DNA of 64,000 nt from Alphaproteobacteria bacterium. Its GTDB lineage: Bacteria > Pseudomonadota > Alphaproteobacteria > Micavibrionales > Micavibrionaceae. Under the pieces are notes generated by a model that was not told the origin of the DNA, did no database searches, and saw nothing but the letters and a program-made list of their open reading frames with translations. Every line of letters starts with the position of its first letter. Within the stretch, counting starts at the first letter, position 1. The DNA is taken from assembly GCA_044220535.1 (NCBI GenBank), contig JBGAQU010000002.1:1197-65196 (forward strand), written 5' to 3'. Below are positions 1-9,712 of the stretch, piece by piece. Position numbers and translations under genes: made by a program.

Positions 1-87
1 AAAGAGAGACAAACTGGCTGAAACTGTCAAAATGATCGCGGGCAAAAAGAGGACAAGGACAGATGATGCTAGATCAAAGGCCTAAAT

Positions 88-309
88 CTATTGGGTCTTA
101 CCCTCTGGAATTTTCCAGTCGTATCGCTTTTGAAGATCCGATAGAGCCCCCGCAACCTGCATGGTCTGTAGAGCGCTTAAGACAAACTCAATGGGTTGAG
201 CGTTGGGAGATTCACGAAATGCCAGATGGAAGCGTACAAACTTTCCGTCCGTTGTCACATCAATAATCGTTTTACTCGCGGTTCCGAGAAATAGCGGCTC
301 TTTGCTCAT
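88..309 (-). CDS. hypothetical small protein (73 aa)
   Basis: Intact ORF with a canonical AGGAGG Shine-Dalgarno (plus-strand CCTCCT 314-319) 4 nt upstream of the ATG at 309. The competing + strand ORF 63-266 has no such signal. No family recognised. Confidence 0.45.
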   Translation of the reverse strand: MSKEPLFLGTASKTIIDVTTDGKFVRFHLAFRESPNAQPIEFVLSALQTMQVAGALSDLQKRYDWKIPEGKTQ

Positions 310-368
310 ACGTCCTCCTAATCATCCGCCTATATGCCGACGATTCGGTAGATGGAGTCGAGTCATGT

Positions 369-791
369 TTAGTCAGCCTGTCGCGGTTCATTCTTGACAC
401 GTTGATCGCCATGTACCCCGGACGCGAACATGCTCCCCGCGCCAATCTGCGAGCTGTTGGCCGAATAGCCCTTCAACACGCCATTATCGGCGAACTGGAA
501 GCAGGTGGAGTTGGAATGAGAGTCCGCGCCGCCGATAAAGCCGCCCACGATCGGGATGAACGTCTCTGGCCGGGTCGCCATCTCCATATAGGTATAGCAG
601 ATCAGCCGCGAACCGTCTGGCAACAGGCTGTTGGTGTTTGGATCACCGAGCGCGGCAACAACCTCGCGGTCTGTTGTCTTGCCTTTGGTGAACTGGCGAA
701 GCTGGCTTTCTTTCACCTGTGTGCCTCCTGCAGCACATGCGGTGCATAACAGGCAGGCGATCAACAACGATTTTCTCATAACGGCTTTCAT
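369..791 (-). CDS. putative lipoprotein
   Basis: Starting at the internal Met (791) gives MKAVMRKSLLIACLLCTACAAGG: basic n-region, hydrophobic core and lipobox-like LLCTA-C. The 26-aa upstream extension of the tracked ORF (to 869) is unnecessary. Confidence 0.6.
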   Translation of the reverse strand: MKAVMRKSLLIACLLCTACAAGGTQVKESQLRQFTKGKTTDREVVAALGDPNTNSLLPDGSRLICYTYMEMATRPETFIPIVGGFIGGADSHSNSTCFQFADNGVLKGYSANSSQIGAGSMFASGVHGDQRVKNEPRQAD

Positions 792-1013
792 CCCTTCGTA
801 CGTTGGTGTCGGGGAGTTAGAAAGCCTGCAATAGAAGGCCGCACTGGCCTTTACCCGAAGGTTGGACATGCGCCAGTGCCTCCCCGACCAACGTCAGGGA
901 GTGCGATACGGTCACACAAACCGCTATTGCAGGGGTTTCTAAGGCCCCATTACAGCGAGGGCTGTAATTATTGGGACATTGCCGAAAGCGGGGCGATTCC
1001 AGCAGGAGGTAAT

Positions 1014-1484
1014 TTAACCCTGTTGGACGATAATCCCGTGCAAGATGGCGAGACGCGCCGCTATGGTTTCACCAACTTCAAAGGCGAAAATCTTGCCGTC
1101 CGGCGCCTTGAATTGGCGCATGTGCGCTATGACCTCTTTCGTCCAGGCTGGCAGGTTCTCGTTGAAGTGTTGTTGCGCATACACAGCTGGGTTTTCGCTG
1201 ACGGCTTTCAGGAACTCGCCTTCTTTGTAGAGGGCTTCAAGGCGTTCTCGGATGGCAGTGTTTTTGCGTGGTTTTAGAAAATAGGGAGCGATCAGGAACA
1301 CAAGAGTGCCGAGACCGAGTAGGATGAAGACGGCCCTGACCATCCAGGGTGTTATAAAATCACTGGTCATATAGGCCGCCCATTTGTCAGGGCCAAACCC
1401 AAGCGCAGCGCAGATGGCGACAAATGCCGAGCCGACGATTTTTCCGAGAAAGCCTCCGGCGAAGGAATTGAAGAAAGTCCGCAT
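1014..1484 (-). CDS. hypothetical membrane protein (156 aa)
   Basis: Two hydrophobic helices (GGFLGKIVGSAFVAICAALGF; VRAVFILLGLGTLVFLIAPYF) followed by a soluble tail. No clear SD and no family recognised. Confidence 0.45.
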   Translation of the reverse strand: MRTFFNSFAGGFLGKIVGSAFVAICAALGFGPDKWAAYMTSDFITPWMVRAVFILLGLGTLVFLIAPYFLKPRKNTAIRERLEALYKEGEFLKAVSENPAVYAQQHFNENLPAWTKEVIAHMRQFKAPDGKIFAFEVGETIAARLAILHGIIVQQG

Positions 1485-1770
1485 AATACGAAGTCAAGCC
1501 ACGATTCGCCCTTTGAGTCCACCCTCTGGGTACGGGAACGATAATGATGGGAATAAAATCCTAAAATCTAAGCGGGAGATTGTGATGAACGGATTGGCCT
1601 TCAGCCGCGCAAACCAACGGACTTTATCCGCCCTTCCCTGCCCGCCTTCCTGCATACATGCGCAGTCCAACAAAAAAATTCCGACGAACGAACTGATATC
1701 CCGAAAATTTGAAAAAACCGTCAAACGGACTGATAGCTCACAAAAAACCCAACACCGCCAAGGCGTTATA

Positions 1771-3036
1771 TCAGTACATATAGGTCAGGGAGACCATCAC
1801 CCGGTTATCCTGATATTCATCAAAAGCGTGGTTGGAGGTGCGTTCGCGGTAGTCGTAGCCGAAGCGCAGGCCGATGCCGTCGGACAGGTCGTATTTCACG
1901 CCCGCGCCCGCGTAATACAGATGCGTGTTGCGGTTGACCGGGCCGTCGCCGCCGACATAGTCGTTGTCGTCATAGCCGGCGGTCGCGGTGCCGGTCAAAT
2001 ACGGGGTGAATTGCTGCGCCACCTCCACCCTTCGTGTCGTATTGACCACGCCCGCGGCGTTGGTGACGGTGGTGTCGCGGAATGCCTTGTCCAGCGTGAA
2101 GGTCACGGTGGTCAGGGCGGATGCCTTCCAGCGCAGGCGGCCGCCGAAATACGGCTTTTTAGTATCGTCGTCGCCGGTGTCGTAATTGCGTTGGATATAG
2201 CCGCCATACAGGCTGCCGCTCCACACCCCGCCATCGTCGAAGTTCAGGCCGACCCGCGTATCCGTGCCGTCGGAATTGCGGTCGCCGCCGCTGAACAGCG
2301 TGTAATCTGTGGTGTCGTAGGTTTCGGTCAGGAACACTTCGTTGCCCGGCATGAATTCATAGGACAAAGTCGCCTGAAACTGTTTGTTGTTGCGGTCGCG
2401 GTAATCATCCGTGCTGAAGGCCGCGTCGCGGTCGTCCTGCGAAATTTTCACGTCTTCGTTCTTCGCCTGCATCTTCAGTTTGATAAAACTGACCGCGCGG
2501 GTGAAGCCGATCAGTTCGGAGGTGACGATATAGCTGATCAGGCTGTCGCCATCCGTGTCGAATACGCTCCCACGATCCTGGTGCCGCCGCGCCTGCGAGA
2601 CCGCGCCGGTGAAATAGGTGTTATAGGCAATATCGTATTGGCCGGAGGCCAGCACACCATAATCTTCATAATTCTGGCGCGATTCCTTCGCGTAGAACCC
2701 GAAATCGCCTTCCGCGCCGAAAAAGATGCCGTGGCGCAGCCAGTCGGATTGCAGGGCGAAGGCAGGCTTCACGCTGGTGATCAAATCGGATTGTTTGTTG
2801 TTTTCGGTGCGGAAAATATTGTCGTCATACAGGGTTTTCGCCTCGATGCCCGGGCTGAACAGAAAACTGCCCAAGCGCACGCCGGACGCGGCGTTTTTGT
2901 TGACGCTGCGCGGGCGCACGGTCAGCACGTCGTCCGGGTTCAACACCTGCGCCGCTGCGGCATAGGAAAAAGCGGCCAAACCGATAGCGGCGGCGGCGAG
3001 AAGCAAGGCACCCTTGATGGTGTCGCGGTTTCTCAT
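1771..3036 (-). CDS. outer-membrane beta-barrel protein of the type that accompanies exopolysaccharide loci (beta-barrel porin-2-like)
   Basis: Signal peptide (ALLLAAAAIGLAAFSYAAAAQ), alternating amphipathic beta-strand pattern rich in Y/D/G, and a C-terminal aromatic OMP terminus (VMVSLTYMY). The N-terminal GSFLFSPGIEAKTLYDDNIF motif is typical of EPS-associated barrels. Confidence 0.75.
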   Translation of the reverse strand: MRNRDTIKGALLLAAAAIGLAAFSYAAAAQVLNPDDVLTVRPRSVNKNAASGVRLGSFLFSPGIEAKTLYDDNIFRTENNKQSDLITSVKPAFALQSDWLRHGIFFGAEGDFGFYAKESRQNYEDYGVLASGQYDIAYNTYFTGAVSQARRHQDRGSVFDTDGDSLISYIVTSELIGFTRAVSFIKLKMQAKNEDVKISQDDRDAAFSTDDYRDRNNKQFQATLSYEFMPGNEVFLTETYDTTDYTLFSGGDRNSDGTDTRVGLNFDDGGVWSGSLYGGYIQRNYDTGDDDTKKPYFGGRLRWKASALTTVTFTLDKAFRDTTVTNAAGVVNTTRRVEVAQQFTPYLTGTATAGYDDNDYVGGDGPVNRNTHLYYAGAGVKYDLSDGIGLRFGYDYRERTSNHAFDEYQDNRVMVSLTYMY

Positions 3037-3398
3037 GATTGTTCCACTCTCTCACGCGGAACGGCATCCAGCCCGCTGCGCAGCAGGCGGCCGATGATGA
3101 GGCCCAGGATAATGCCCGCGCCATTGGCCAGCGCGTCCTCGACCGAGCTTTCACGCCCGCCGATGATATGCTGGCCGATTTCCATGGCGATGCCGGTGGT
3201 GAACAGCGCAATAAAGGCCAGGATCTCGATTTTCAGGGAACGGAACAGCACGACCGGGCCGGTCATCAGCAGGCAATACGCGGTGATATGCAGCATCTTG
3301 TCCGACTGGTTCGGCGTCTTGATCAGATGCGGCACCAGCGACAGCCAGATCACGGCGCCGTACAGCAGAAGCCACAGAAACGGCGACAGCGATTTCAT
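3033..3398 (-). CDS. VanZ-like family membrane protein
   Basis: 121 aa with 4 hydrophobic helices. DKMLHITAYCLL and EIGQHIIGGRESSVEDALANGAGIILG match the VanZ-like pattern. The start overlaps the stop region of the upstream gene. Confidence 0.7.
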   Translation of the reverse strand: MKSLSPFLWLLLYGAVIWLSLVPHLIKTPNQSDKMLHITAYCLLMTGPVVLFRSLKIEILAFIALFTTGIAMEIGQHIIGGRESSVEDALANGAGIILGLIIGRLLRSGLDAVPRERVEQS

Positions 3399-3420
3399 CG
3401 CATTAACGACCCTTTTCCGA

Positions 3421-5445
3421 TCAGGCGGCCTTTGGCAGCAGGAAGTCCGTATCGGAGGACATGGATTTGTACTTGCCGATATCGACCTTGTTGATGATCA
3501 CCCCCAGAACCGGCGCGGAAAAACCGCTCAGGGACGCGAACATATTAGCAATGTTCTTCTGGGATGTCTTCATCCATTCGGCGACCACGATGATGCCGTC
3601 CACCTGGCGGGCCAGGGCGGCGGCTTCCGCATGGGCCAGCAGCGGGCTGGAATCCACCAGGATATAGTCGTAACGGGATTGCAGCTGTTCCATCACCTCT
3701 TTCAGGCGGACGGATTTCAGCAGGTCGGGGCTGAGCGCCTGCCCGCCGGATTGCAGAATGGCCAGGCCGTTATCGTCCAGGCCGATCGCCTCTTCGGCGC
3801 GGGCGCGGCCCGCCAGCACATCGGCAAAACCAGCCCCGACATTGACGCCGGCCAGCTTGCTCAGCGCCGGGCGCAGCGTATCGGCGTCGATCACCAAAAC
3901 CTTGTGGCCGAGCGACATCAGGTAATAGGCCATGGAGATGGTAAAGGTCGTGCGGCCCTCATCCGGCATGGCGGAGGTGACAAGCACGGTGCGCGCCGAA
4001 CCGTTCATCATCGACGCCATATAGATACGCTTGATGGCTTCGCGATAGGTCGGCTTGCGGTCGTTCATCACGGCCACGGACGGGTTCGCCACTTTCGGCA
4101 GCACGCCGATCGGACGCTGGCCCATCTTGCGCACGTCGTCGAAGTTACGCAGGCCGCCGCGCATCATCTCGATCGCGAACACGGCGCCAAGCGACAGGCA
4201 GCCCGCGAAGACGACCAGCGCCATCATCAGCAGCGCCTTGCCCGGGGGCACGGAGCGCAGGGGCGCGGTGGCTTCGGACACCAGCATGGCGTCCGGCCTT
4301 GCGAAGTTCACCTGGGACTGGATGGTCTGGTAATTGGCCAGGAAGCTGTCCAGCATCTTCTGGCTGGAATCCAGCTCCAGTTCCAGGCTGGTCAGCGTGA
4401 TCGATTTTTCACGCTGCGCGTCGGACTGGGATTTCAGCGCGTCGAGACGATCCTGCAGCAGGGTGGCCTGCGCTTCGGTCGCGGCGGCTTCGTTCTTGAT
4501 GGAGCTGCGGATATTCGCCGTCTCCGCGCCGATCGCCTTGTTGATCTGTTTCAGCTCGTTCTCCGCCGCCACCAGTTTCGGGTGGTTGGGGCCGTAGCTG
4601 GCGCGCATCGCCTGCACGTTTTTCGACGCTTCGGCGGCTTGCGCTTTCAGCGTCTGGATCAGCGGGGAATTGACGACATCGGTCATGGTGCCGGTTTTGC
4701 CGCCTTCCAGTTTCGCCTGCGCGTCGTATTTGCGCACTTCGACCGGGACCAGCTGCGACGCGGTGTCGGCCATCTGCTGGTTGACCAGGTCCTTGAAATC
4801 CTTGCCGCCGGTCAGGCCTTCCTGGGCGCGGTATTGTTCCACCGCCATGGATTTTTCCGCGACGTCGGCTTTCAGGGTTTTGACTTTGTCTTCAAACCAC
4901 GCGCCCAGTTTTTCCACGCGCTGGCGCTTCTGTTCGATCTGGGAATTGAAATAGGCATCCACCTGCGCGTTGGCGACTTTCGCAGCCAGTTGCGGATCGC
5001 GGGATTTGAACGATACGTCGATCACGCGGGACGTGCCCTGCACGGATACGTTCAGGTGTTTCAGGAATTCGGCGACGACGGCGCGGTTGTCACCGTTATC
5101 GGACGCGAATTCAGGGTTCTTCGCCAGGCCGGTGGACTGGATGGTCTGCATCGCCAGCGCGGGGGACGACAGGACTTTGAGTTCCGTCTGCACGGTGGAA
5201 TCGTCGAAGGCGGCGCCCGCCGTGACGTCTTTGAAATCTTTCAGGTCGAGGTTGCTGTCCTCCAGCATCACCGTAGCCGACGCCTTGTACAGTTTCGGGC
5301 GGGACAGGATCAGGACCGTGCCGAGGGCGATGGTGACCGCCATGATCGTGAAGATCAGCGTGCGGTGACGCCATACGGTCATCACGATCTCGCGGATATC
5401 AGGGATGGCGTCATTCAGAGCAGGCTGGGTGCGTTGGTTCAGCAT
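3421..5445 (-). CDS. polysaccharide co-polymerase / BY-kinase-like protein (Wzc/ExoP/GumC class) with a degenerate Walker A
   Basis: N-terminal TM plus a Wzz-type periplasmic coiled-coil region, a second TM (ALLMMALVVFAGCLSLGAVFAI), and a C-terminal CpsD/CapB-type P-loop domain. Motifs: Walker A-like SAMPDEGRTT, A' VLVIDADTLRP, B DYILVDSSP. Confidence 0.85.
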   Translation of the reverse strand: MLNQRTQPALNDAIPDIREIVMTVWRHRTLIFTIMAVTIALGTVLILSRPKLYKASATVMLEDSNLDLKDFKDVTAGAAFDDSTVQTELKVLSSPALAMQTIQSTGLAKNPEFASDNGDNRAVVAEFLKHLNVSVQGTSRVIDVSFKSRDPQLAAKVANAQVDAYFNSQIEQKRQRVEKLGAWFEDKVKTLKADVAEKSMAVEQYRAQEGLTGGKDFKDLVNQQMADTASQLVPVEVRKYDAQAKLEGGKTGTMTDVVNSPLIQTLKAQAAEASKNVQAMRASYGPNHPKLVAAENELKQINKAIGAETANIRSSIKNEAAATEAQATLLQDRLDALKSQSDAQREKSITLTSLELELDSSQKMLDSFLANYQTIQSQVNFARPDAMLVSEATAPLRSVPPGKALLMMALVVFAGCLSLGAVFAIEMMRGGLRNFDDVRKMGQRPIGVLPKVANPSVAVMNDRKPTYREAIKRIYMASMMNGSARTVLVTSAMPDEGRTTFTISMAYYLMSLGHKVLVIDADTLRPALSKLAGVNVGAGFADVLAGRARAEEAIGLDDNGLAILQSGGQALSPDLLKSVRLKEVMEQLQSRYDYILVDSSPLLAHAEAAALARQVDGIIVVAEWMKTSQKNIANMFASLSGFSAPVLGVIINKVDIGKYKSMSSDTDFLLPKAA

Positions 5446-5541
5446 AATGTCCCTCGGGGTGACAGTTTTAACATAACCGTAGTGTTTTGGCGTTTTTTCC
5501 GTAGTAAGTCAAGAAAATTATCGCAATTTGTTACCTTCCAA

Positions 5542-5569
5542 TGTCATCCCTGCGAAAGCAGGGATGACA
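5542..5569. repeat. REP-like hairpin, variant of the GTCATCCC...GGGATGAC family
   Basis: TGTCATCCCTGCGAAAGCAGGGATGACA, a perfect 12-bp stem with a 4-nt loop, lying between two convergently ending/starting minus-strand genes. Confidence 0.6.
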
Positions 5570-5574
5570 AGGGG

Positions 5575-6798
5575 TTATGCCGCCTTCGCTTCATCCGGCC
5601 CGCTGGCCGCCTCGACCACGCCAAGCAGGCGGCGATAGGTAGCCACATAGGCCGCTTCCTGCCTGTCCCAGGCGAAGTCGGAGGCAATCCGCTCCCGGCC
5701 CAGCTTGCCCATCTGTGCCCGCCGCGCCGGGTCGTCCAGCAGGGTCAGCATGGCCTCGGCGAACAGCTTGGGGTCGTTGTTGGCCGCGTAGACGGATGCG
5801 CCTTGCGCGATATACCGCCCCTCATCCAGGTCGAACTGGACGACCGGGATGCCGAAGGCCATGTATTCGAGGACCTTGTTCATCGACAGCTTGTCGTTGA
5901 ACTGGTTTTTCGGATCCGGGCACAGGCCGATATCGGCGGTGGCGATGTATTTCAGGAAGGCTTCCCCCTCCAGGTATCCGGTGAACTCGACATACTCGCT
6001 CAGGTTCAGGGACTGGCACATATCCTGGAGCATCGCCAGCTCCGTCCCGCTGCCGGCCAGAGCGAAGGTGACGTCCTTCCGGCCCTTCTCATGCACCGTG
6101 TAGTGCGCGGCCTTCAGCAGCAGGTCCAGCCCGTCCTGCACGCCCATCACGCCGATATAAAGGGCGAGGAAGGGGCGCCCGCGTTTCAGCGCCGGGGCCG
6201 CTTCCACCTTCGGCAGGCGTTTCAGGTCAAGGCCGCTGCGCACCAGTTGCACCTTGGACGCCGGGACGCCGTGACGGTCGACCGCCAGCTTGCGCAGCTC
6301 CTCACTCGTCGTGATCACCTGGTCGGCGGATCGCAGGGAATAGCGTTCCGCCATGCGCGGCAGCCACTCCATGAACGTCTTGCCGGGAAACTTGACCGCG
6401 AACAGATCGGCGAACGGATCGTGATGGTCGAACACGAACTTGGTCTTGCAGAACAGCTTGAAGATCCAGCCGATGGCAAAGATCGTGTCCGGCGGGTTGC
6501 AGGCCTGGATGACGTCGAAGCCGACTTTGCGGTAGACCTTGATGGCGAGATAGAGTTCCGCAATCCATGCCCAGACATACTCAATGATGTAGCCCGCGAT
6601 GCCGCTGGCTTCGGTCGGCAGTTTGTGGCGGAAGATGTGCACGCCGTCGCGCAGTTCGTAGGATTCCGTGTATTTGCCCATTTTCGGGCAGATGACCGAG
6701 ACGGTGAAGCCGGCGCGAGTGAGGGCAAGTGCTTCCTGCCAGACGCGCCTGTCCTGCGGGACAGGAAGGTTTTCAACGATGATCAATACGCCTGGCAT
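5575..6798 (-). CDS. glycosyltransferase family 4 (GT-B fold)
   Basis: 407 aa. The N-terminus VLIIVENLPVPQDRRVWQEALALTRAGF is typical of WbuB-like GT4 enzymes. The C-terminal half carries the nucleotide-sugar binding region (NKVLEYMAFGIPVV). Confidence 0.85.
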   Translation of the reverse strand: MPGVLIIVENLPVPQDRRVWQEALALTRAGFTVSVICPKMGKYTESYELRDGVHIFRHKLPTEASGIAGYIIEYVWAWIAELYLAIKVYRKVGFDVIQACNPPDTIFAIGWIFKLFCKTKFVFDHHDPFADLFAVKFPGKTFMEWLPRMAERYSLRSADQVITTSEELRKLAVDRHGVPASKVQLVRSGLDLKRLPKVEAAPALKRGRPFLALYIGVMGVQDGLDLLLKAAHYTVHEKGRKDVTFALAGSGTELAMLQDMCQSLNLSEYVEFTGYLEGEAFLKYIATADIGLCPDPKNQFNDKLSMNKVLEYMAFGIPVVQFDLDEGRYIAQGASVYAANNDPKLFAEAMLTLLDDPARRAQMGKLGRERIASDFAWDRQEAAYVATYRRLLGVVEAASGPDEAKAA

Positions 6799-6816
6799 AA
6801 TCCTGTTTCCATTTCT

Positions 6817-7317
6817 CTATCTAACGTCCTGACCGCGGCCGGTCATTTTGCCCCACTGGCCGGTCATGATGCCGGTGCGGATGATCCGCGCCGGATTGCC
6901 GACGACGATCGAGCCCGGCGGCACGTCCTTTGTCACGATCGCGCCCGCCCCCACGATCGAATGGTCGCCGATGCGGATCCCCGGCATGATCATGCTGCGC
7001 GCGCCGATCTGGCAGTATTTGCCGATCCATGTGTCGCAGTACCGTCCGCGCACATGGTCGTGGGTCAGGATCACCGCATCGAAGGATACTGCACTTCCCT
7101 CGCCCACATGGACCCCCTTCGGATAGGTCCGATCCAGGTTGGCCTTCCAGGAGATCAACGTATAGGGATGGATATCCATCCCCCACATCGTCACCAGCCA
7201 GCGGCGGCGCAGATCCAGAACCGTGGCGCGCGCCCGTGTCCGCAACGTGGCCAGCATCCCGTATTTTTGAACGCAGGCCAGAAGCCCTTCATCCGTTTCC
7301 GTTCTGTCCATGCTCAA
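6817..7317 (-). CDS. hexapeptide-repeat O-acetyltransferase (WcaF/LacA-like)
   Basis: Left-handed beta-helix repeats: IGARSMIMPGIRIGDHSIVGAGAIVTKDVPPGSIVVGNPARII. Confidence 0.8.
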   Translation of the reverse strand: MSMDRTETDEGLLACVQKYGMLATLRTRARATVLDLRRRWLVTMWGMDIHPYTLISWKANLDRTYPKGVHVGEGSAVSFDAVILTHDHVRGRYCDTWIGKYCQIGARSMIMPGIRIGDHSIVGAGAIVTKDVPPGSIVVGNPARIIRTGIMTGQWGKMTGRGQDVR

Positions 7318-7361
7318 CCTGTGCTATCCATATATAAAATATTGTTGCGTCGCAATAAAAT

Positions 7362-8510
7362 TCAGTTTTTGGCCAGAACATCCATCAGGCTGGTGCGGTA
7401 TGTATCGAGAATGGCGGATTTCCGGACAACGGACAGGGTATTATCCGCCTGTAAAACGCCGATACGGCGTTTGAGTTCCGCTTCATGATTCAGAAGATGA
7501 TCGATTCCTGCGGCAATATCGTCCACCGACCCGGCATCGCAGGCATAGCCGATAGAGTCGGTATTGAAAATCCCATCTATGCCCTTGTTCTTCGTGAACA
7601 GGATGGGCAGACCCGCGAACAGCGCCTCGACATAAACCAGACCATACGTTTCTTCATGGGTTGGCAGGATCATGGCGGCGTAGTTTTTCATGATGTCCGG
7701 CAGCGCGCCATGCGCGGTCGGGCCTTTCAGGAATACATGATCGCCCATGCCGGATTCATCGATCATCGCCTGCAGCAGCAAAAGCGTCTTTGCCGAACCG
7801 CGGCCGTAAATATCGAGGATGATGGCGGGCCGCGCGGTTTTCAGTTTTTTGACCGCGTCGATCATGCTGCGTATGTTCTTGCGCTTCCAGCTATCAAGAT
7901 GGAAGACGGAGATCAGCCGGTCCTGATGCGCGGGCGACGCGGGAGACAACGTATCGATGCCGGTGATGACAGGCAGCAGGCGGCATTTTCCAGGATCAAG
8001 GCCGATGATCGCCTGGAACGGCTTCACCATCCACGGCGCGAAGGGAAATATCAGTGCGGCCTTTTCAGCAATGGATTTATAAAATTCACGCTGGCGGATT
8101 TTCATGCGCAGGACGCGCACATCGGTGCCACCCTGGATATCGCAGACCAGCGGGCAGCTGAAGGTTTCAGACAAATGATAACCGATCACGCCTTCGATGG
8201 TGAATTTATGCGCTTCCACCAGATCGGGTTTGATATTTTTTTGCTTGAGGTCTGCCGCGATCCATTCAGCGACATCCTTCAGGCGCTTTTCCCACAGAAT
8301 ACCCTTCGGCAACGCCTTGTAAGCAACTGCCGTGCGGTCTTCGCCGAACGGGATGCTGGCAATGCCGTTCCAGCCGTCGACGCGGTTCAGGGAATACACG
8401 ACATGGCGGAATTCCGGCGTGCCTTCGACCAGGCTGACAATCGCCTTGGTTTTATCGGGGATCAGCGGATCGGGATAATCGTTGCTGATATGGACGACGA
8501 CCGGCTTCAT
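7362..8510 (-). CDS. glycosyltransferase family 4
   Basis: 382 aa with the E-x7-E region (THEETYGLVYVEALFAGLPILFT). Sits in an operon with the flanking polysaccharide genes. Confidence 0.8.
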   Translation of the reverse strand: MKPVVVHISNDYPDPLIPDKTKAIVSLVEGTPEFRHVVYSLNRVDGWNGIASIPFGEDRTAVAYKALPKGILWEKRLKDVAEWIAADLKQKNIKPDLVEAHKFTIEGVIGYHLSETFSCPLVCDIQGGTDVRVLRMKIRQREFYKSIAEKAALIFPFAPWMVKPFQAIIGLDPGKCRLLPVITGIDTLSPASPAHQDRLISVFHLDSWKRKNIRSMIDAVKKLKTARPAIILDIYGRGSAKTLLLLQAMIDESGMGDHVFLKGPTAHGALPDIMKNYAAMILPTHEETYGLVYVEALFAGLPILFTKNKGIDGIFNTDSIGYACDAGSVDDIAAGIDHLLNHEAELKRRIGVLQADNTLSVVRKSAILDTYRTSLMDVLAKN

Positions 8511-9712
8511 GCCGCGTCCCTTTTCATGGTGTCGCGGTACGGCAGCGCGAAGATCAGCGCCAGCGTCACCGTCGCGATACTGACGCTGCCGCGGAACGCC
8601 CCGGCTTCCGTCAACCCCTGGATCAGCATGAAAAACAGCAAGGTGACCTTGAACTGGTCATGCGCGCGAAGCGCATAAAACAGCTTGATAAAAATGGCGG
8701 GCAATGTCAGCAGCAACCCGATCCAGCCGGTCATGAACAGGATCTGCAGGAACATGTTGTGAGCATGCGGCGTCGAGTGGTTCAGCGAAGGCATGATGAA
8801 CCCGCTGCTGGCATAACCCCATCCCAGTAAAGGCTTCTGCGCGATCAGCGGCAGGACCTGGGACCAGATTTCCGTCCGCCCGGTGCCGGTCAGGATTTCC
8901 GACGCATCGCCTGACCGTGAAAACATGGCAAGGAAAGCATTCAGATCAACAAATGACAGGAAAGCAATCACCGCACAGATCGCGCCAAAGAAAAGGGCCA
9001 GCCGCGACGGCGCCATGGTCTGGAGAAAGACGATGCCAATCGCCATGATCATGGCAATCAGCGAAGAGCGGCTGTCGCTCATCAGCAAAGGCATCAAGTT
9101 GATGGCAAGCAACAGAAGATAAACTTTTGGAAGGCGCGGCACCAGATAGCGCCAGTAACAGTAAATCATCAGGCAGGTGAAGGCCGCGATATAGCCCATG
9201 GCGTTGGCGGCGCCGGTGATGCCGGACATGCGGTTGCCCGCGACGTGCTCGCCGCCCATCCATTCCTTGGTACGACCGAAATCAGGGTTCACGTAGAAGA
9301 CGATGATGGAGATGAAGGAGATCAGCGTGCATGACCATATGATGGTGCGCGCGATTGTTGCCGTGTCCACCAGTTCCGATGCCAGATACAGCAGCATCAC
9401 AACCGACATAAAGGTGAGCATGGAGGCCGCGCCGTAAAATATGGACGGCGCCCAAAGGCTGGTGACAAAAAACCAAAGCATCATGAAAACGACGAATATG
9501 CCGTCGATTTTCATCAGCCGCCCGATCCAGGCGCGGTACATATATACGGCATAGGCAATTGCGGCCAAAGAAACGCCCAGCTTCAGCGCGATTTGATAAT
9601 CGATGGTCGCGCCGTCGAAGGTGCGGTTGCGGAACACGGCGCCGGTCAGGAATGTGCTGACAAACAGCACCCACACAACCAGTTTCTGATGAAAGGATTG
9701 TTGTGTGTTCAT
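8507..9712 (-). CDS. O-antigen polymerase/ligase family membrane protein (Wzy-like)
   Basis: 401 aa with about 10 hydrophobic helices and one larger loop. The SDSRSSLIAMIMAIGIVF segment resembles the Wzy_C signature. 4-nt overlaps with both neighbours. Confidence 0.75.
   Translation of the reverse strand: MNTQQSFHQKLVVWVLFVSTFLTGAVFRNRTFDGATIDYQIALKLGVSLAAIAYAVYMYRAWIGRLMKIDGIFVVFMMLWFFVTSLWAPSIFYGAASMLTFMSVVMLLYLASELVDTATIARTIIWSCTLISFISIIVFYVNPDFGRTKEWMGGEHVAGNRMSGITGAANAMGYIAAFTCLMIYCYWRYLVPRLPKVYLLLLAINLMPLLMSDSRSSLIAMIMAIGIVFLQTMAPSRLALFFGAICAVIAFLSFVDLNAFLAMFSRSGDASEILTGTGRTEIWSQVLPLIAQKPLLGWGYASSGFIMPSLNHSTPHAHNMFLQILFMTGWIGLLLTLPAIFIKLFYALRAHDQFKVTLLFFMLIQGLTEAGAFRGSVSIATVTLALIFALPYRDTMKRDAA

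Noticed and set aside
1771-3036. Outer-membrane barrel as the missing TpsB partner of the giant exoprotein
   Set aside because: It lies 26 kb away inside the EPS operon, is only 421 aa, and has no recognisable POTRA region or ShlB/FhaC-type motifs. It fits the EPS-associated barrel type better.
1384-7488. 2034-aa plus-strand ORF, the longest in the track
   Set aside because: It runs antisense to five well-supported minus-strand genes with clear family motifs: the barrel, VanZ, Wzc-like, GT4 and acetyltransferase genes. Its translation is Arg/Ala/Gly/Val-rich low-complexity sequence, typical of stop-poor antisense frames in GC-rich DNA.
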